Assembly: GCF_009914755.1 (NCBI RefSeq) | Contig: NC_060927.1 | Origin: the human T2T-CHM13v2.0 reference genome, Homo sapiens | Length of the DNA: 64,000 bases | Direction: 5' to 3' (one strand) | Shown: positions 1-16,420 of the stretch, in pieces | How positions within the stretch are numbered: position 1 is the first letter of the stretch | How the letters are laid out: each line of letters begins with the position of its first letter | Translations under genes and position numbers: made by a program | The notes under the pieces: model-generated | Database searches by the model: none | The model's input: only the letters and a program-made list of their open reading frames with translations | Told to the model about the DNA's origin: nothing

Positions 1-237
<237 letters not shown>

Positions 238-1175
238 TCAAAGACCAAAACTGGTGTCATGTTAATTTCACTGACCAGTTGAACAGAGTTGTGAAGTCAT
301 GAAGCCTAATTCTTAGGCTGGAATTTCACAGCTCACCATGAAAGAAATATGAATTATTGAGTGCCCCTTGTTTTATATATAAACTCCAATAGAGTGTTTG
401 CTACCAACTGCAAAACAGAAAATAACCAAACTCTTTTTAAATAAATGTGTCTCCAAAAGTAATTGACAAAAGAGGGAGAACTAATGTTTTCCAAGGCTCC
501 TAAGGGAAACAGATTTACTAGGAAAAGAATAGACTGAGACAAGAATTTTTTCTCTGACCTTCTAAAAAGCTCTTCTTGGATTCTCTGCGGAGAACTCACT
601 CTTTCTTACAGAATAAAATCTCTACTACAGTGGTTTTACTGTCAGTGCCAGAGATGCTAATGCAATCAAACGAATGCTGGATTTGTCACTAACTGCAAAC
701 ATCCCAAAGAAATTTTATATCTAAGACATTTTGGAAATGTTTCCATTACTTTGGCCAGTCATTATTGTGCCTGCTAAACCATTTTCTGGCTAGGTTTTTT
801 GTGTCATAGTCTGGAAAAAGGAAGTCTAAAATTGGATTGTTCTCCTTGGCCTTAAAGCATAAGCATTAAGACCGCCAATAACATTTGTCTATTAAAGACA
901 CGAACGGAATCATTTTTCTTGTCTGAATCTTCCTCTGAATTATGGAAATGCAGCCAAGCTGCTATGTTTCATTGACATTCAATACTTTTAAAAAGGAACC
1001 AATGTTACTCCTGTGAGTTGAAGAAAAATCTATTTTTTAACTGTCAAAATTAAAATTTTCTTAAAAGAATTAAAAAAATAGGTCCAGGGAAATTACTGTT
1101 ATTGGAGAAAAAAGAAAAAATGAAAACATGACCAAAACCAATCAATGGTTGCTCATTTTTTGGTTCTTGCCATAT

Positions 1176-1178
<3 letters not shown>

Positions 1179-1207
<29 letters not shown>

Positions 1208-1496
1208 GGAGACAGAGTCTCGCTCTGTCACCCAGGCTGGAGTGCAAAGGCACAATCTTGGCTCACTGCAACCTATGCCTCCCGAGTTCCCCTCCGCCTT
1301 CCACCTCCTGCCTCAGCCTCTCAAGTAGTTGGGATTACAGGCACCCATCACCATGCCCGACTAATTTTTGTATTTTTAGTAGAGATGGGGTTTCGCCATG
1401 TTGGTCAGACTGGTCTCGAACTCCTGACCTCAGGTGATCTGCCCGCCTCAGCCTCCCAAAGTGCTGAGATTAGAGGCGTGAGCCACCATGCCTGGC
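1179..1496 (-). mobile_element. Alu (AluS-like), full length
   Basis: Poly-T then gagacagagtctcgctctgtcacccaggctgg...gagccaccatgcctggc. Confidence 0.95.
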
Positions 1497-1539
1497 ATCA
1501 AATAAAAAAATTCTGGGGAGAAGACAATACATTTTTTAA

Positions 1540-2036
<497 letters not shown>

Positions 2037-3812
2037 AAAAACTATTTTTAAAAACTAAATAGTATGCCCACAAACAACTCATGTCCCTTAAATAACTGTA
2101 AATATGTGATCTATGAAATTATTCAAACTTTTATTAAACATATTTATATTTTCTGCCCTTCTCTAATTATTTTGACTACAGAAAGCATAAGGATGATGCT
2201 TCGATGTCCTTTTATGATTACTTTCCCACTTAAAACACCTTTTCCTTAATTAAACTGACTTACAACTGCACTTGCTTGCTAATTTCTTGCTGCTTCCAAA
2301 GCACTGTGAGTCTGTCTGAAACCTAACCACCTGAGTACATACATCACTATTTGAAATAAATTTACGAGATTTCACTATGCAAGTCATCTTCAGAAAAATT
2401 TCAACAAGTATAAAATAAAACATGTCTCAGAGTCCCATGGCTACATACTTCCTTTAAAAAATTGGTTTTAAACAATGGAGGACTTAGAATAAGTTGCAAG
2501 ATTAGCCATATATTACTGAGGTCTTGACAGTATGGAGGCCATGATGTGGAAGCAGCACCCATCCATGAGCCGCATGCTCAAGCAGAGAAGTGATGGTGGG
2601 TAGCCATATTAGGGAGAGGCTTTGACGGTTCACAAGCTGGAAATCTAACAGAGAAAGACTGCTAAGGCAAGAAGCACAGAGTAACCAATATGATAAACCT
2701 TGGGTTCTCACTTGAATATGGAAGTTAAATCCAAAGGTGGTAGATAGATTTGGAGAAAAGAAAATGGTCAAGAGATCCCAGAAAGCATTATCTGTAGAAA
2801 TATTGAGACGAAGAGGAAAAGAGATTTCAAACCAGGCAGTGCAAACTGGAATTTAAGGTTTCAAAAGTACAAAATCTATATGAGCTATCAAAGTTCCAAG
2901 GTACAACTGTGGGAATATGTTGATAAAATAAAGTGCAGGTGCAAAGAGCTGAAATTGAGGCATTACCAAGAAACTAAATCACTTCCTAGTGGCTAAGCAA
3001 AGCCTAGAACCCAGATATGCTGCTACCTGAAGCAGCACTTATTTTAACTAGCCTGGATAGTACTGGTTATATACACGTAGATCACCCCCAAAATCCATTT
3101 TTCCAATGTGGTTTGCAATTTGTACCCAATTTGTTTCTCTAACATGTCCTTCATCCTATTTGGTTATGTCTTTTGTCCCTATGTTTACATTAATCTCAAA
3201 CTAGTAAAAATAAATTTGTAGCCATTATAATTTCCAAGGTCAAATTTTATTTAATTTTCTAAAGGCTGGACTGAGGAATGTGGTAATTCATTCCTTTAAT
3301 CCGTGGTAGCACAGCTAATGCAATATTTTAAGTATACCCAGACACTCAATGTTAGATATTTTTCACTACTGGGTTCAAGACAAATCATTTATTTAATCCC
3401 ATAATGTTTAAAATCAGATAATATTAAGTAATACCTATTCTTAAAAGCTACTTGATTGCGGACTGAGAATAATTTTTTTTCAAGTAAGGAAGCTTACTAA
3501 ACTTATTATCCTAGAGCAAGAAAATTCTCAATGTGTCATAATTAAAGGAACTGGATCCATACTTTTCTTCCTTTAACAACAGAATATCTCTAGAAGTCAC
3601 TTAAATTTGAAAAACATGAGTTTCCTCACTTATAATTTGGTAATTATAACATTTATATTACCTAGTGTTTTTAGGAACACCAACTCACATAATACATGGG
3701 AAAATGCTTTGTCAATATACTAATAATAAAATAAGGGTTATTTAAAACTTCATATCTAAAGTTACTACATCTACAAAAATGGTTGTTTCATTAGTCTTTA
3801 TAACTTGCATTA

Positions 3813-4085
<273 letters not shown>

Positions 4086-4563
4086 TCAGAATCAAGAATA
4101 CAATGCAAGATTAATACCTGTGCCAACTATTTACACAGAACACCAAACAAAATTTCTCTCAACTTAAATTATATGAATTGTATTGAATTATTAGTTTACA
4201 TTAGCAAATGAAGTCCAAATAAAAGTCAGCTTTTTTAGTGTTAGCCTTAATTTTTTTTTCAGGAATCACTTATTCCCAAATTGAAATTCTAAAACAGCAT
4301 TAAAATGTTAGAAATACAGTTACTTGTTGTATAACTTTATAATACAGATAGAATCATTTACGGAAGTTGCCATAACTGCCTAATATTTCAAGTAAATTTG
4401 TACCAGTCCATTAGTTTCTGAAGAATTATTTTTGACAAAATGTGTTTAACTGCTAAATGTCATCAATGTATGTTTAATATCTGAATGACTGTTTAGCATG
4501 GAATCTTAAAATAAGTGCGTTCAGACAACTGCAGGTTTTTAAAGCTCAATACACTTGGGAGAA

Positions 4564-4621
4564 AATTTTTGTAAAAACTGACACTATAATTTAATTTTTG
4601 TAAAAACTGACACTATAATTT
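4564..4621. repeat. Perfect 29-bp tandem duplication (aatttttgtaaaaactgacactataattt x2)
   Basis: Read directly. Confidence 0.9.
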
Positions 4622-4899
4622 AATTAATATAATATAATTTCATTGATTTTTCTGATGACTTTCTTCCTCATGGTTCATTCACAGAATCACAATGACTTAA
4701 CAAAATGTGAAGTATAACAGCCACTATCTAAAATTTTTCTACTCTGCAATAAGTTCTTTATTCATTACAATCACAAATTATTTTACATTTTTTTACATCA
4801 GTGCACCTTAAGACCAAAGGTTTCCAATGATGATAAATTAATGACTTACCATCCCAGGTAGCTAACAGCATAATTGTAAAGTCACTCACAGCATACAAT

Positions 4900-5030
4900 T
4901 TGAAGTCTGCCAGGTGGGTTTCTAATCCCACCTCTGCCACTTGATATGAGAATAACCTTAGGACAAGTCACTTAACCTCTTTACACTTAAGTGTAAAGTA
5001 TAAAATGGAGGGAAAAGTAGTATCTATATC
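4900..5030. mobile_element. MIR fragment
   Basis: tctaatcccacctctgccactt...acaagtcacttaacctct core. Confidence 0.6.
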
Positions 5031-5633
5031 CTCAAGTTATAATTTAAAAAAATTAAAAATAACTCCTGGCACACTGTAAACACTGAACAAAGTTAAAAAT
5101 TAACATGAAAGGGACTACAGTAAAGGGAGAGACAGAGGAAAACTCACTTCAAAGTTTTTACAAATGTGTATGTTAAAAAATTTTATTTTTAGCCAAATAC
5201 TTGTACTTTTGAAACTGAACTTTAAGTTACAATAAAATTTTTCTGACTGAAACCTCAAACTTTGCCCTGTTTATTAAAAAAAAAACTGATTAATCTGACA
5301 TTACAAAACACAACACTGTACTTTTTCTGCTAAGTACAACTGATTTCCTCAACCGGATTTAACGGTGATATTTTCCTCAAGACTATAAGTTGTTGATAAT
5401 TTTTTTTTTTAATAATGAAGACTGGGAAATAAGACCAGTTTTATGGGTAATTGGGCCATGAGAAGTGAGGCAAATAAACTAAAGTCTCTGAAAGAGCGAC
5501 TACCATGCGAGTGATAAACAGACCCTTTGTGCATTGCCTGGAGATGGGGAAAAATAGCTTGTGATGTCAGAGCATCTTACGATTGGAGACTCTGACTAAA
5601 CTGAGTCTGAAATTTTGCAGGTAGCAGCATGCA

Positions 5634-6556
<923 letters not shown>

Positions 6557-6978
6557 TATAAATGCACTTTTGGAATGTGAGTGAATATTTTTTGTCTTTG
6601 AAACCCTAATGATGGATACAGATTATATAAACAGTATAGCTCAAACTATTAATAAATGTCAGTTGTTTGAAAAAGAGTTATGGCAACTTTTATAATTTAG
6701 CGTTTTATAAGCCTGTATTATCTTTATAACAAAACACAATTATTTTAAAGCAAAAAGTTAAGACAAAAGTTATCACATAATTGCCTTTGAAGAAAAATTT
6801 CACGTTGCTGAAACCTTTCCTATCTCATTCGAGTAGCACTGCTATTTCTGTGTTTAAATACTTTAGAAAAGTTATTTGAACTTACTTAAAACTTCTCAAA
6901 GGGCAAGGAAGGTTTCCTACTTAAATTTATTTTGGCTGTAAAAAGTCAAATTGTCAAATTTAAAAAAATGCACACAGG

Positions 6979-8761
6979 TGTTGCGGGAAGTCAGGGACCC
7001 CAAATGGAGGGACCGGCTGAAGCCATGGCAGAAGAACATAAATTGTGAAGATTTCATGGACATTTATTAGTTCCCCAAATTAATACTTTTATAATTTCTT
7101 ATGCCTGTCTTTACTGCAATCTCTGAACATAAATTATGAAGATTTCATGGACATTTATCACTTCCCTAATCAATACTCTTGTGATTTCCTATGCCTGTCT
7201 TTACTTTAATCTCTTAATCCCGTCATCTTCGTAAGCTGAGGATGTGCGTAGCCTTAGGACCCTGTGATGATTGCATTAACTGTGCAAATCGTTAGTAAAT
7301 CATGTGTGTTTAAACAATATGAAATCTGGGCACCTTGAAAAAAGAACAGGATAACAGCGATGTTCAGGGAACAAGGGAGGTAACCATCAGGTCTGACTGC
7401 CTGAGAGCCGGGCGGAACAGAGCCATATTTCTCTTCTTACAAAAGCGAATAGGAGAAATATCGCTTAATTCTTTTTCTCAGTAAGGAACAGCCCTGAGAA
7501 AGAAAATGCTTTCCTAGGGGTAGGTCTCTAAAATGGCCGCTCTAGGAATGTCTGTCTTACACGGTTGCAGATAAGGGATGAAATAGCCCCAGTCTCTGGT
7601 AGCACTCCCAGGCCTATTAGGACGAGGAAATTCCTGCCTAGTAAATTTTAGTCAGACCAGTTGTCTGCTCTCAAACCCTGTCTCCTGATAAGACGTTATC
7701 AATGACAATGCATACCCGAAATTTCATTAGCAATTTTAATTTCGCCCCGGTCCTGTGATCTCGCTTTGCCCCCATTTGCCTTGTGATATTTTATTGCCTC
7801 TGTGTGCCTCTGTGACCCACACCCTATTCATACACTGCCTCCCCTTTGAAAATCACTAATAAAAACTTGCTGGTTTTCAAGGCAATGTAGTGCCCTGAAA
7901 ACCAAGTACGTCTCAGGTATTTCTTATAGCAGCGTGAAAATGGACTAATACAGCAAAAGAAACCCAAATTATCCTCGAAGAGATGACCTGTAGATAAGCA
8001 AAAGTATCCAGCCAACAGTCCCAGCTAACAACCAGACATACTCTCAGTGGAGCAGCCAGATTACTGCAGCCACAAAAGTGACCCCAGGAAAAATCAGTAG
8101 AAGAACACAGATGAATCCAACCAAACTGCATAATCATAAGCATTGATCCAACAAGCATTCCTAATAAGCCTCCCACACACTAATTTCCACCTAAGATTCT
8201 ACTTTCTGGAGAACCCAATCTGCAAAATTTGGTACGAAGAGTGGGGAAAAGGAAAGTAGAGGTAGCTACTGGAGAACGTGCTCCACCAAATTAAGGGAAT
8301 AAACTAAGAAAGAGGAAGACATGAAAAACAGGGCACAGAAGAATCCACACAGGGTAGAGTCACAGAGGATTCCCATATGATGGTGAAGGGAAGTCCCTGC
8401 AGGCCTAGAGACGCATCAATCCCAACTGCGGAACAGCACAGGCTCTGAGAGGGATGTCTTCATTAAAATCGACAAACTATCAATGTATTGACTACACTGA
8501 GAAGAATTCCAGGATTCTGTAGAAAACTTGGGGGGGATGAATTAATAAAATGAATATAGAAAACAAAACAAAACAAAAAAACTTGCTGGTTTTGCGGCTT
8601 GGGGGGCAGCATGGAACCTGCCAACATGTGATGTCTCCCCCGGACACCCAGCTTTAAAATTTCTCTCTTTTGTACTCTTTCCCTTTATTTCTCAGACCGG
8701 CCAACACTTAGGGAAATAGGAAAGAACCTACGTTGAAATATTGGGGGTGGTTCCCCCGATA
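6979..8761 (+). mobile_element. MER11-family solo LTR (ERVK group), interrupted at 7878-8576
   Basis: Starts tgttgcgggaagtcagggacccc, ends ggttcccccgata; 6-bp TSD cacagg at 6973-6978 and 8762-8767. Confidence 0.88.
7878..8576 (+). mobile_element. Orphan retroposed insertion (3' transduction or retrocopy of a non-coding RNA) inside MER11
   Basis: 17-bp TSD aaaaacttgctggtttt (7861-7877 / 8577-8593), AATAAA at 8544-8549, (A4C)n tail ~8560-8576. Confidence 0.8.
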
Positions 8762-9304
8762 CACAGGTCATAAAAATATTCTCACAGAAATTGAGTCGAT
8801 CTACATGTGAAGAAAATAAAATTTTCCACATATAACTGTGGTAAGTATGCCTGGGTCCTGAAAAAACCATAAGATTCTACCTGATGTGGTCATACTGAGT
8901 CCCCTGCCAGACATGTCAGTGTTCTATCTCAATAGATGATTGAGATTTTCTAAGTGTTTTTCCTTTTTGTCCTTCTGTGTTCCCTACTTCTGTGACAACA
9001 TCAACCACATAGTCACCTAGGTTGAAAATCTTTCATTCACCCTTCACTCCTCTCTTTCCATGGCCTATCTCATGGAATCTTTTCCTTAATCCTATTGATT
9101 CCATCTACTTAATTTATTTTGCATTCAAATCCTCTCCACTCCCACTAGAAGGCACAAGGCTAGATTAATTTTAAAACCCTAGAGACCTCTACATTACCCA
9201 TCTCTTCCTCACTCATAAATAAGACTGTCTGACAAACTATTTTAAAAATGATTCTGTGCCAGTTCCCAGACTGTATCAATGGTTCTCAACTATGGCCTAA
9301 AGCG

Positions 9305-9490
9305 GGAGTCAGTAAATATTTACTCTCTGGCCTTTTACAGAAAATATTTTAGGTCCTGATGACCACATTGTCTGTCACAGTGACTGAACTCTGTCACTGT
9401 GTTGCAAAAGCCACCACAGACAATATGTAAACAAATGAGCACAGCTGCATTTCAATAAAACTTTTTACAAAAACAGGCAGTGGTACAAGC
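9305..9490. mobile_element. MER58A-like hAT MITE
   Basis: ...aaagccaccacagacaatatgtaaacaaatgagc...caataaaactttttacaaaaacaggcag. Confidence 0.7.
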
Positions 9491-9781
9491 CACAGAATCC
9501 ATCATCTTGAGTCTCAACAAGAAGCAAAAGCTCCCATATAGCCAAAAAAGAAAGCAACAGAAGTGTTCCCTAACCTTGTCATTTAGCCCCAATCCTTTAT
9601 CATTATTGGCATAAACTTCAGCAAAAATTATAATCATCCAAACTATTAGCAGCACAGAAGTAGCTTCACACCTGATAATTCTTTCATCATATCTTCACCT
9701 GAAGCATATGTCTATATTTCCAGAGATAATTAACATCACAAACCAATACTATGGATCCACTCCTAACCACCCACCCTCAAA

Positions 9782-9838
9782 ACACACAGACACAGACACA
9801 CAGACACAGACACACAGACACACACACGCACACACACA
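9782..9838. repeat. Compound (CA)/(CAGACA) microsatellite
   Basis: Read directly. Confidence 0.9.
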
Positions 9839-9979
9839 GTTAAAAACACCCACGTACCCAGTTGACTTTGCACAACAGATTATGATAAAATCACAATAAA
9901 ATGATTAAAATTATTTTATAAATTTTGGAGGGAGGGAAAGGGAGTTAGTTGGCATAAAACAAATACAATTTTAACAGAT

Positions 9980-10330
9980 AAATATTGAACCATCCTGGCA
10001 TTCCTGGGATAAATCCCACTTGATCATGGGGGATATTTTTGTTGTGCTGTTGGAAAGAAAATAAGTATATCAATGGGATACCTATACTTCCATGTTTACT
10101 GCAACACTACTTATAATAGTAAATATATGGAACAAATCTAAGTATGTATCAACAGATGAATGGATAAAGGAAATACGGAGTACACACATAATGGAATATT
10201 ATTCACCCATAAAAAAGAAGGAAATCCTGTTATTTGCAACAATAAAATGGTTACAACTGGAGGTTACTAGGTTAATGATATAAGCCATGCACAAAAAGAC
10301 AGTATCAGATGGTCTCACTCATATATGGAT
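9980..10330. mobile_element. Old L1 (L1M/L1PB) fragments
   Basis: ORF 10092..10283 resembles the L1 ORF2 C-terminus. Confidence 0.7.
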
Positions 10331-12557
10331 ATCTTCAGTTTTCCTTTTGTTCTGAGAATAACCTAAAACCTTGCCAAATATCTAAATTTTTTTATCTAAA
10401 TTAAATATAATAAATCTTACCCTACAGATTATAAAGAGCCAGTTTCTAATTTTAAACGTTCATCCAAAAGTAAGTTTAGAATACATATTCCATGGAAGGA
10501 ATGCGACAAAATTGTTTCTAAATTAATTCAGGCTTTTTAGCATGTCTAAATGGAATACGGGATAATTATGGGGTATTGGAAACATTCTAAAATTGCATAA
10601 TGGGGATGACTGCACGACTCTGTAAATTTAATTAAATTCATTGAATTTTACACTTACAAATGTTTATGGCATGTTATATAAATTATGCCCTAACAAAGCT
10701 GTGTTTCTTAAAAGGCTCATCTAAACCACTAAGTATATACATCTGTGTATATTTTCATATGATAGTGACCTATGCTTCCATAAAACAGTTGAGTTGTCCT
10801 TAAAAATACCACATAAAAAATAAGAATGTTTTGCTTTATTAAAATGAACATATCCTGAATTCTGGACCTTTACCAGAGCTAACCTTAATTAAGAGTTTAG
10901 GAATTGTGTTACAGAATGGGCATCATATTTCAAACCATTTACAAACAGTTTAATTCATTCTCCCAGGCCCTAGATTACAATTTTCAACTAGATTCATTAC
11001 TCTGTATAAACTTTTTAAAAAGGGTGTTGTTTTTAAAAAATAAGAAGGGTAAAAAAAATTTCTTATGTGGCTTCAATTGCTCATCCCTCTTTAACCTCCT
11101 GGTTACTTTCTCATGACCCCTAGGTTTTTTCCACAGGATAGTCATGGTAGGTAATGATGCAGAAAATGTTAATGACTCTTCTTAGACAACAACTTGGCTG
11201 AGTGGGCACCCATGTTTTCAGTTAGCTGGCTGTTCTCACAGGAGATGTCAGAAATTTTATCTGTTTGTTTCCATTATATATCCCAAACACTAACAGTGCC
11301 TGGAAGACACTGTGTCTTCCATTAAAATTTTATTATCTTTTCTGTCAAGCTGGGTCCTAAAGTATCATCTAAATCAACAAACTCAACCTCAAGCAGGCTT
11401 TAGGTATATCACAGTGTCCTTCTTCTCATGAGAAAAAAATAGGTCCCTCACTATACCAGTTGTCCACAAGGACAAATATTAGATAGGGGGCCGGAGGTGG
11501 GGGATGGTGATGCGAGAGTGATGGTAGAGAAAAGTTCTTCCTAAAACCCAAAAGGAAGCTTGAGGATGTAAAATCATTTCTGACTCACATGTAGTAACTC
11601 TTACAAGGAGAATCTGCCTCAGAGCCAAAGTGAAAATGTACATGTGGCAAGTTTAAGCTGACTAATATGGTTGTTTGAAATCCATGGTAATTTTAAACCA
11701 AAACATACCCAGTATTTATTCTACAGAGCTATTTTAATGAACTTGGTATTCTTTTTCTAAGTGTAAAAAAAATAACAAATGCTGTAGAAAAATTCCCAGT
11801 ACACTATGGCTAACACTTGCCTTACCATACTTCATCTTGCAAAATAGGTAACCACAAGCAGAACTTAATATTTTGTGTAAAATATAACAGGAAAATTTTA
11901 CAGATGCAAGTGTTATGTATCTTTTGAAAATTTTTAAGTGTGTACGGCACTGGGACTTCATTATATTAACATCTATTTTCATTTCATAATTTATAACTTT
12001 CTTATTTATACTAATGCATAAAAATATTACTCTTATTTTCATCTGCAAATAATTTGTGTCTTTATATTTTCAAATTGAGAAAAAATATGTAAAAAGACCT
12101 TCCTAAGTTAGAGGGGAAAATTCATGGGGACTTAAAATGAGCAATCAATAACAAAAACAAATAAGACACAGAAAATAAAATAAAGGAAGTAGTAACTAAT
12201 AACTCATGACAATTTGATGTTATTATAAAATTATAAGAAGATGGCAAAAAAGAGTGGATATTTTAATTAGGAGAGTGAAATATTACACAAAATACATTTA
12301 CATTAAAAAGGTTCTTCTTTCTTAGTAACACAGGCTTTCTAATGTCTCACTTGTATTTATAACTTTGCGTGGTCTTTTTTCTTCTGTTTAACCAGAATCC
12401 ATTAAGTTACCCGTCTCAATAGTAAAGCTCACTATGATCTTTATTCTTAACTCAAGACTAAAGTATGAATTTCACAAAAACGTTAGCTCTTGCCATGTTG
12501 TCTCATTAGTGTTTATGGTAATTCATCATCTTTAATTACATCATCTCAGACCATAGT

Positions 12558-12963
12558 TGATATAATTTGAATCTACGTCCCCACCCACATCTCATGTTGA
12601 AACGTAACCCTCAGTGCTGGAGGTGGGGTTGGGTGGGAGGTGATTGGATCATGAGGGCAGTTTCTAATGGTTTAGCACCATCACCCTAGTGATGTTCTCA
12701 TTATAGAGTTCTCATGAGATCTGATTGTTTAAAAGCATGTAGCACATCCCCTCACTTCCTCCTGCTCCAATCATGTGAGACCTTCATTCCTCCTTTGCCT
12801 TCTGCCATGATCCTAAGTTTCCTGAGGCCTCTCCAGAAGCCAAGCAGCTGGCCAGCATCATGTTTCCTGTACAGCCTGTGAAATTGTGAGCCAACTAAAT
12901 CTCTTTTCTTTATAAATTATGCAGTCTCAGGAATTTGTAGCAGCACAAGAACTGATTAATACA
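12558..12963 (+). mobile_element. MST-type MaLR solo LTR
   Basis: TG...taataCA termini, MST-like interior, 5-bp TSD atagt (12553-12557 / 12964-12968). Confidence 0.88.
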
Positions 12964-12993
12964 ATAGTTTTATAACTAGTAATATCTACTTTT

Positions 12994-14245
<1,252 letters not shown>

Positions 14246-14287
14246 TAGTAATATCTACTTTTTAAAACAATAATTCCTTGTCAATAA

Positions 14288-14572
14288 TTTTTTTTTGAAA
14301 TGGAGTCTCGCTCTGTTGCCAGGATGGAGTAGAGTGGCGCAATCTCGGCTCACTGCAACCTTGCTCCTGGGTTCAAGCAATTCTCTGCCTCAGCCTCCCA
14401 AGTAGCTGTGATTACAGGCACCTGCCACCACGCCCGGCTAATTTTTTGTATTTTTAGTAGAGACAGGGTTTCACCATCTTGGCCAGGCTGGTCTTGAACT
14501 CCTGACCTTGTGATCCAGCTGCCTAGGCCTCCCAAAGTGCTAGGATTACAGGCGTGAGCCACCGTGCCCAAC
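14288..14572 (-). mobile_element. Alu (AluS-like), about 90 nt from the exon 3 donor
   Basis: Full Alu dimer. Confidence 0.95.
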
Positions 14573-14663
14573 CATATTTTAATACATCATCTACAAATAT
14601 AAATCTCAGCTCTTTAAAAAGTAATTGAATATAGATTTTAAAATCCACAGGGTGTTTCTCCTA

Positions 14664-14801
<138 letters not shown>

Positions 14802-16016
14802 CTATAAACAAAATCAACATTTCATTCCTGAGCAAAACTCAAATTATGAAAGTACTATGAAAAACTTAAAGACATCATCAACTTGAACAGTACTGTACCG
14901 TAACCACTCTTCTAATGTTTCATGGAATCATGATTCTAGAAAAAAAAATCTAGATGCCTAAATCAGATCATAATTCTTCAATGTTATCCATCCCCAAAAT
15001 GCCCTTCTCAATTTTTACCATCTCAAAAGTTGTGAGTCTAATCCAAGGAAGTAGACCCAGAAAGTATTTCTCACATTACATCATTTTATTCCTATTTGTT
15101 TAGACCATAAAGAAGAAAAATGAATAAATTTCCCATATCACTTTTTTTTCAATCTGGCAGGAAATCTTTATGATCAACATTGAAGCTCAGTGACTCCTTG
15201 ATGAGGGGCCTTTAAGCAATTTTCCTACTGAACCAAAATGGGTTTTTCAGGGAATTGCAGAGGGCATCAAGAAAAAAATCACCTTCTTTACCTTATACAT
15301 CTTAAACTTATGTAATTGTCTAAAGCTTAATAAGGATTTTTCAATGCAAGATATTGCCTAAGTATGATTAATTTAAATTTGATTTTAATTACCCTGTACC
15401 CTTTCTCTTCACTATTTGCTTGAGCCTCAGCAGCTGCTCCCTGAATTGGAAATGCATGATGACACACTGACTCTAAGGGAACAGAAAGTGCAATACACGT
15501 CCCTTCCCCCACACAACACACACCTTTTCTCTTCATTTCATCAAAACAAAGTCTGAAGTTGCCATTATAATGATCTACTAAGAGATCTGGGAAATTAATG
15601 GAGAATGAAATTAAAAATAAACACACAAGAAAAGGATAAAATAAAATTTAATAATAAATACCACTAGTTCTAACTTTACTTAATACTGAGCCGGAGATAA
15701 ATCTTGCTGGCAAAGCCTGTGGGGCTCCCAGCCTCAAATGTCCTGTTATAACTTATCACTTCCTATGTGGCAGGTTGAGGGAAAAACACAACCCAAGAAA
15801 ACTCAAGCTGTTTTGGATCTGGATTCAAACTAGGCTAATCTAGAAGCATTAATAGTACTTGCTCTAAAAATTGGCCTCCTCTGGCCCTGAGATTTGTTCC
15901 ACAACCCATCTGGAATCCCTAATCCTAATGCAACATTGGACCCAACGACATCTGAGAGTCTACTCTGTGCAATACACCATGTTAAGCACCACCCTCTATG
16001 TTCTTTCCACTACACT

Positions 16017-16205
16017 AGTGGTTGTCAAATTTCAGTGTGCATCTGAATCTCATGGAAGCCTTGTTCAAACACAGACTTCAGGGTATCACTCCCAGGATTT
16101 GTAATTCAGTCGGTCTGAGGGGGAGCCTGATTATTTTTTCTTTCTAATCAGTAGCCAGGCAATGCAGATGTTGGTGGTCTGGGGTCCACACTTTGGGAAC
16201 CACTG
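16017..16205. mobile_element. MER5A-like hAT MITE
   Basis: agtggttgtcaaa...cactttgggaaccactg terminal inverted repeats. Confidence 0.75.
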
Positions 16206-16249
16206 CATTACATGAGGAGAGAGCAAAAGGATCATAAACTCCAGTAAGT

Positions 16250-16420
16250 TAAGTGGGGATGGGGTCCAAGATCTGATATTATACTTTATATAGTTATTTG
16301 CCTTGGGACAAGTTTTCCTCATCCAGAAATAAAGTAGTATCTACCTTACATGGTTCATATAGTGACTTAACAGCATATCATATATAAAGTTCCTTACAAG
16401 GTGCCTTGCACATAAGAAAC
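16250..16420. mobile_element. MIR fragment
   Basis: ccttgggacaagttttcctcatc...gtgccttgcacataag. Confidence 0.5.

Noticed and set aside
7033-7210. ~90-bp tandem repeat (gaacataaattgtgaagatttcatggacattta...)
   Set aside because: Appears intrinsic to the MER11 LTR, not a CRISPR-like array or local event.
7824-8176. Minus-strand ORFs over the orphan insertion as a retrogene
   Set aside because: Antisense to the poly(A) tail, run through repeat fragments, and resemble no protein I recognise.
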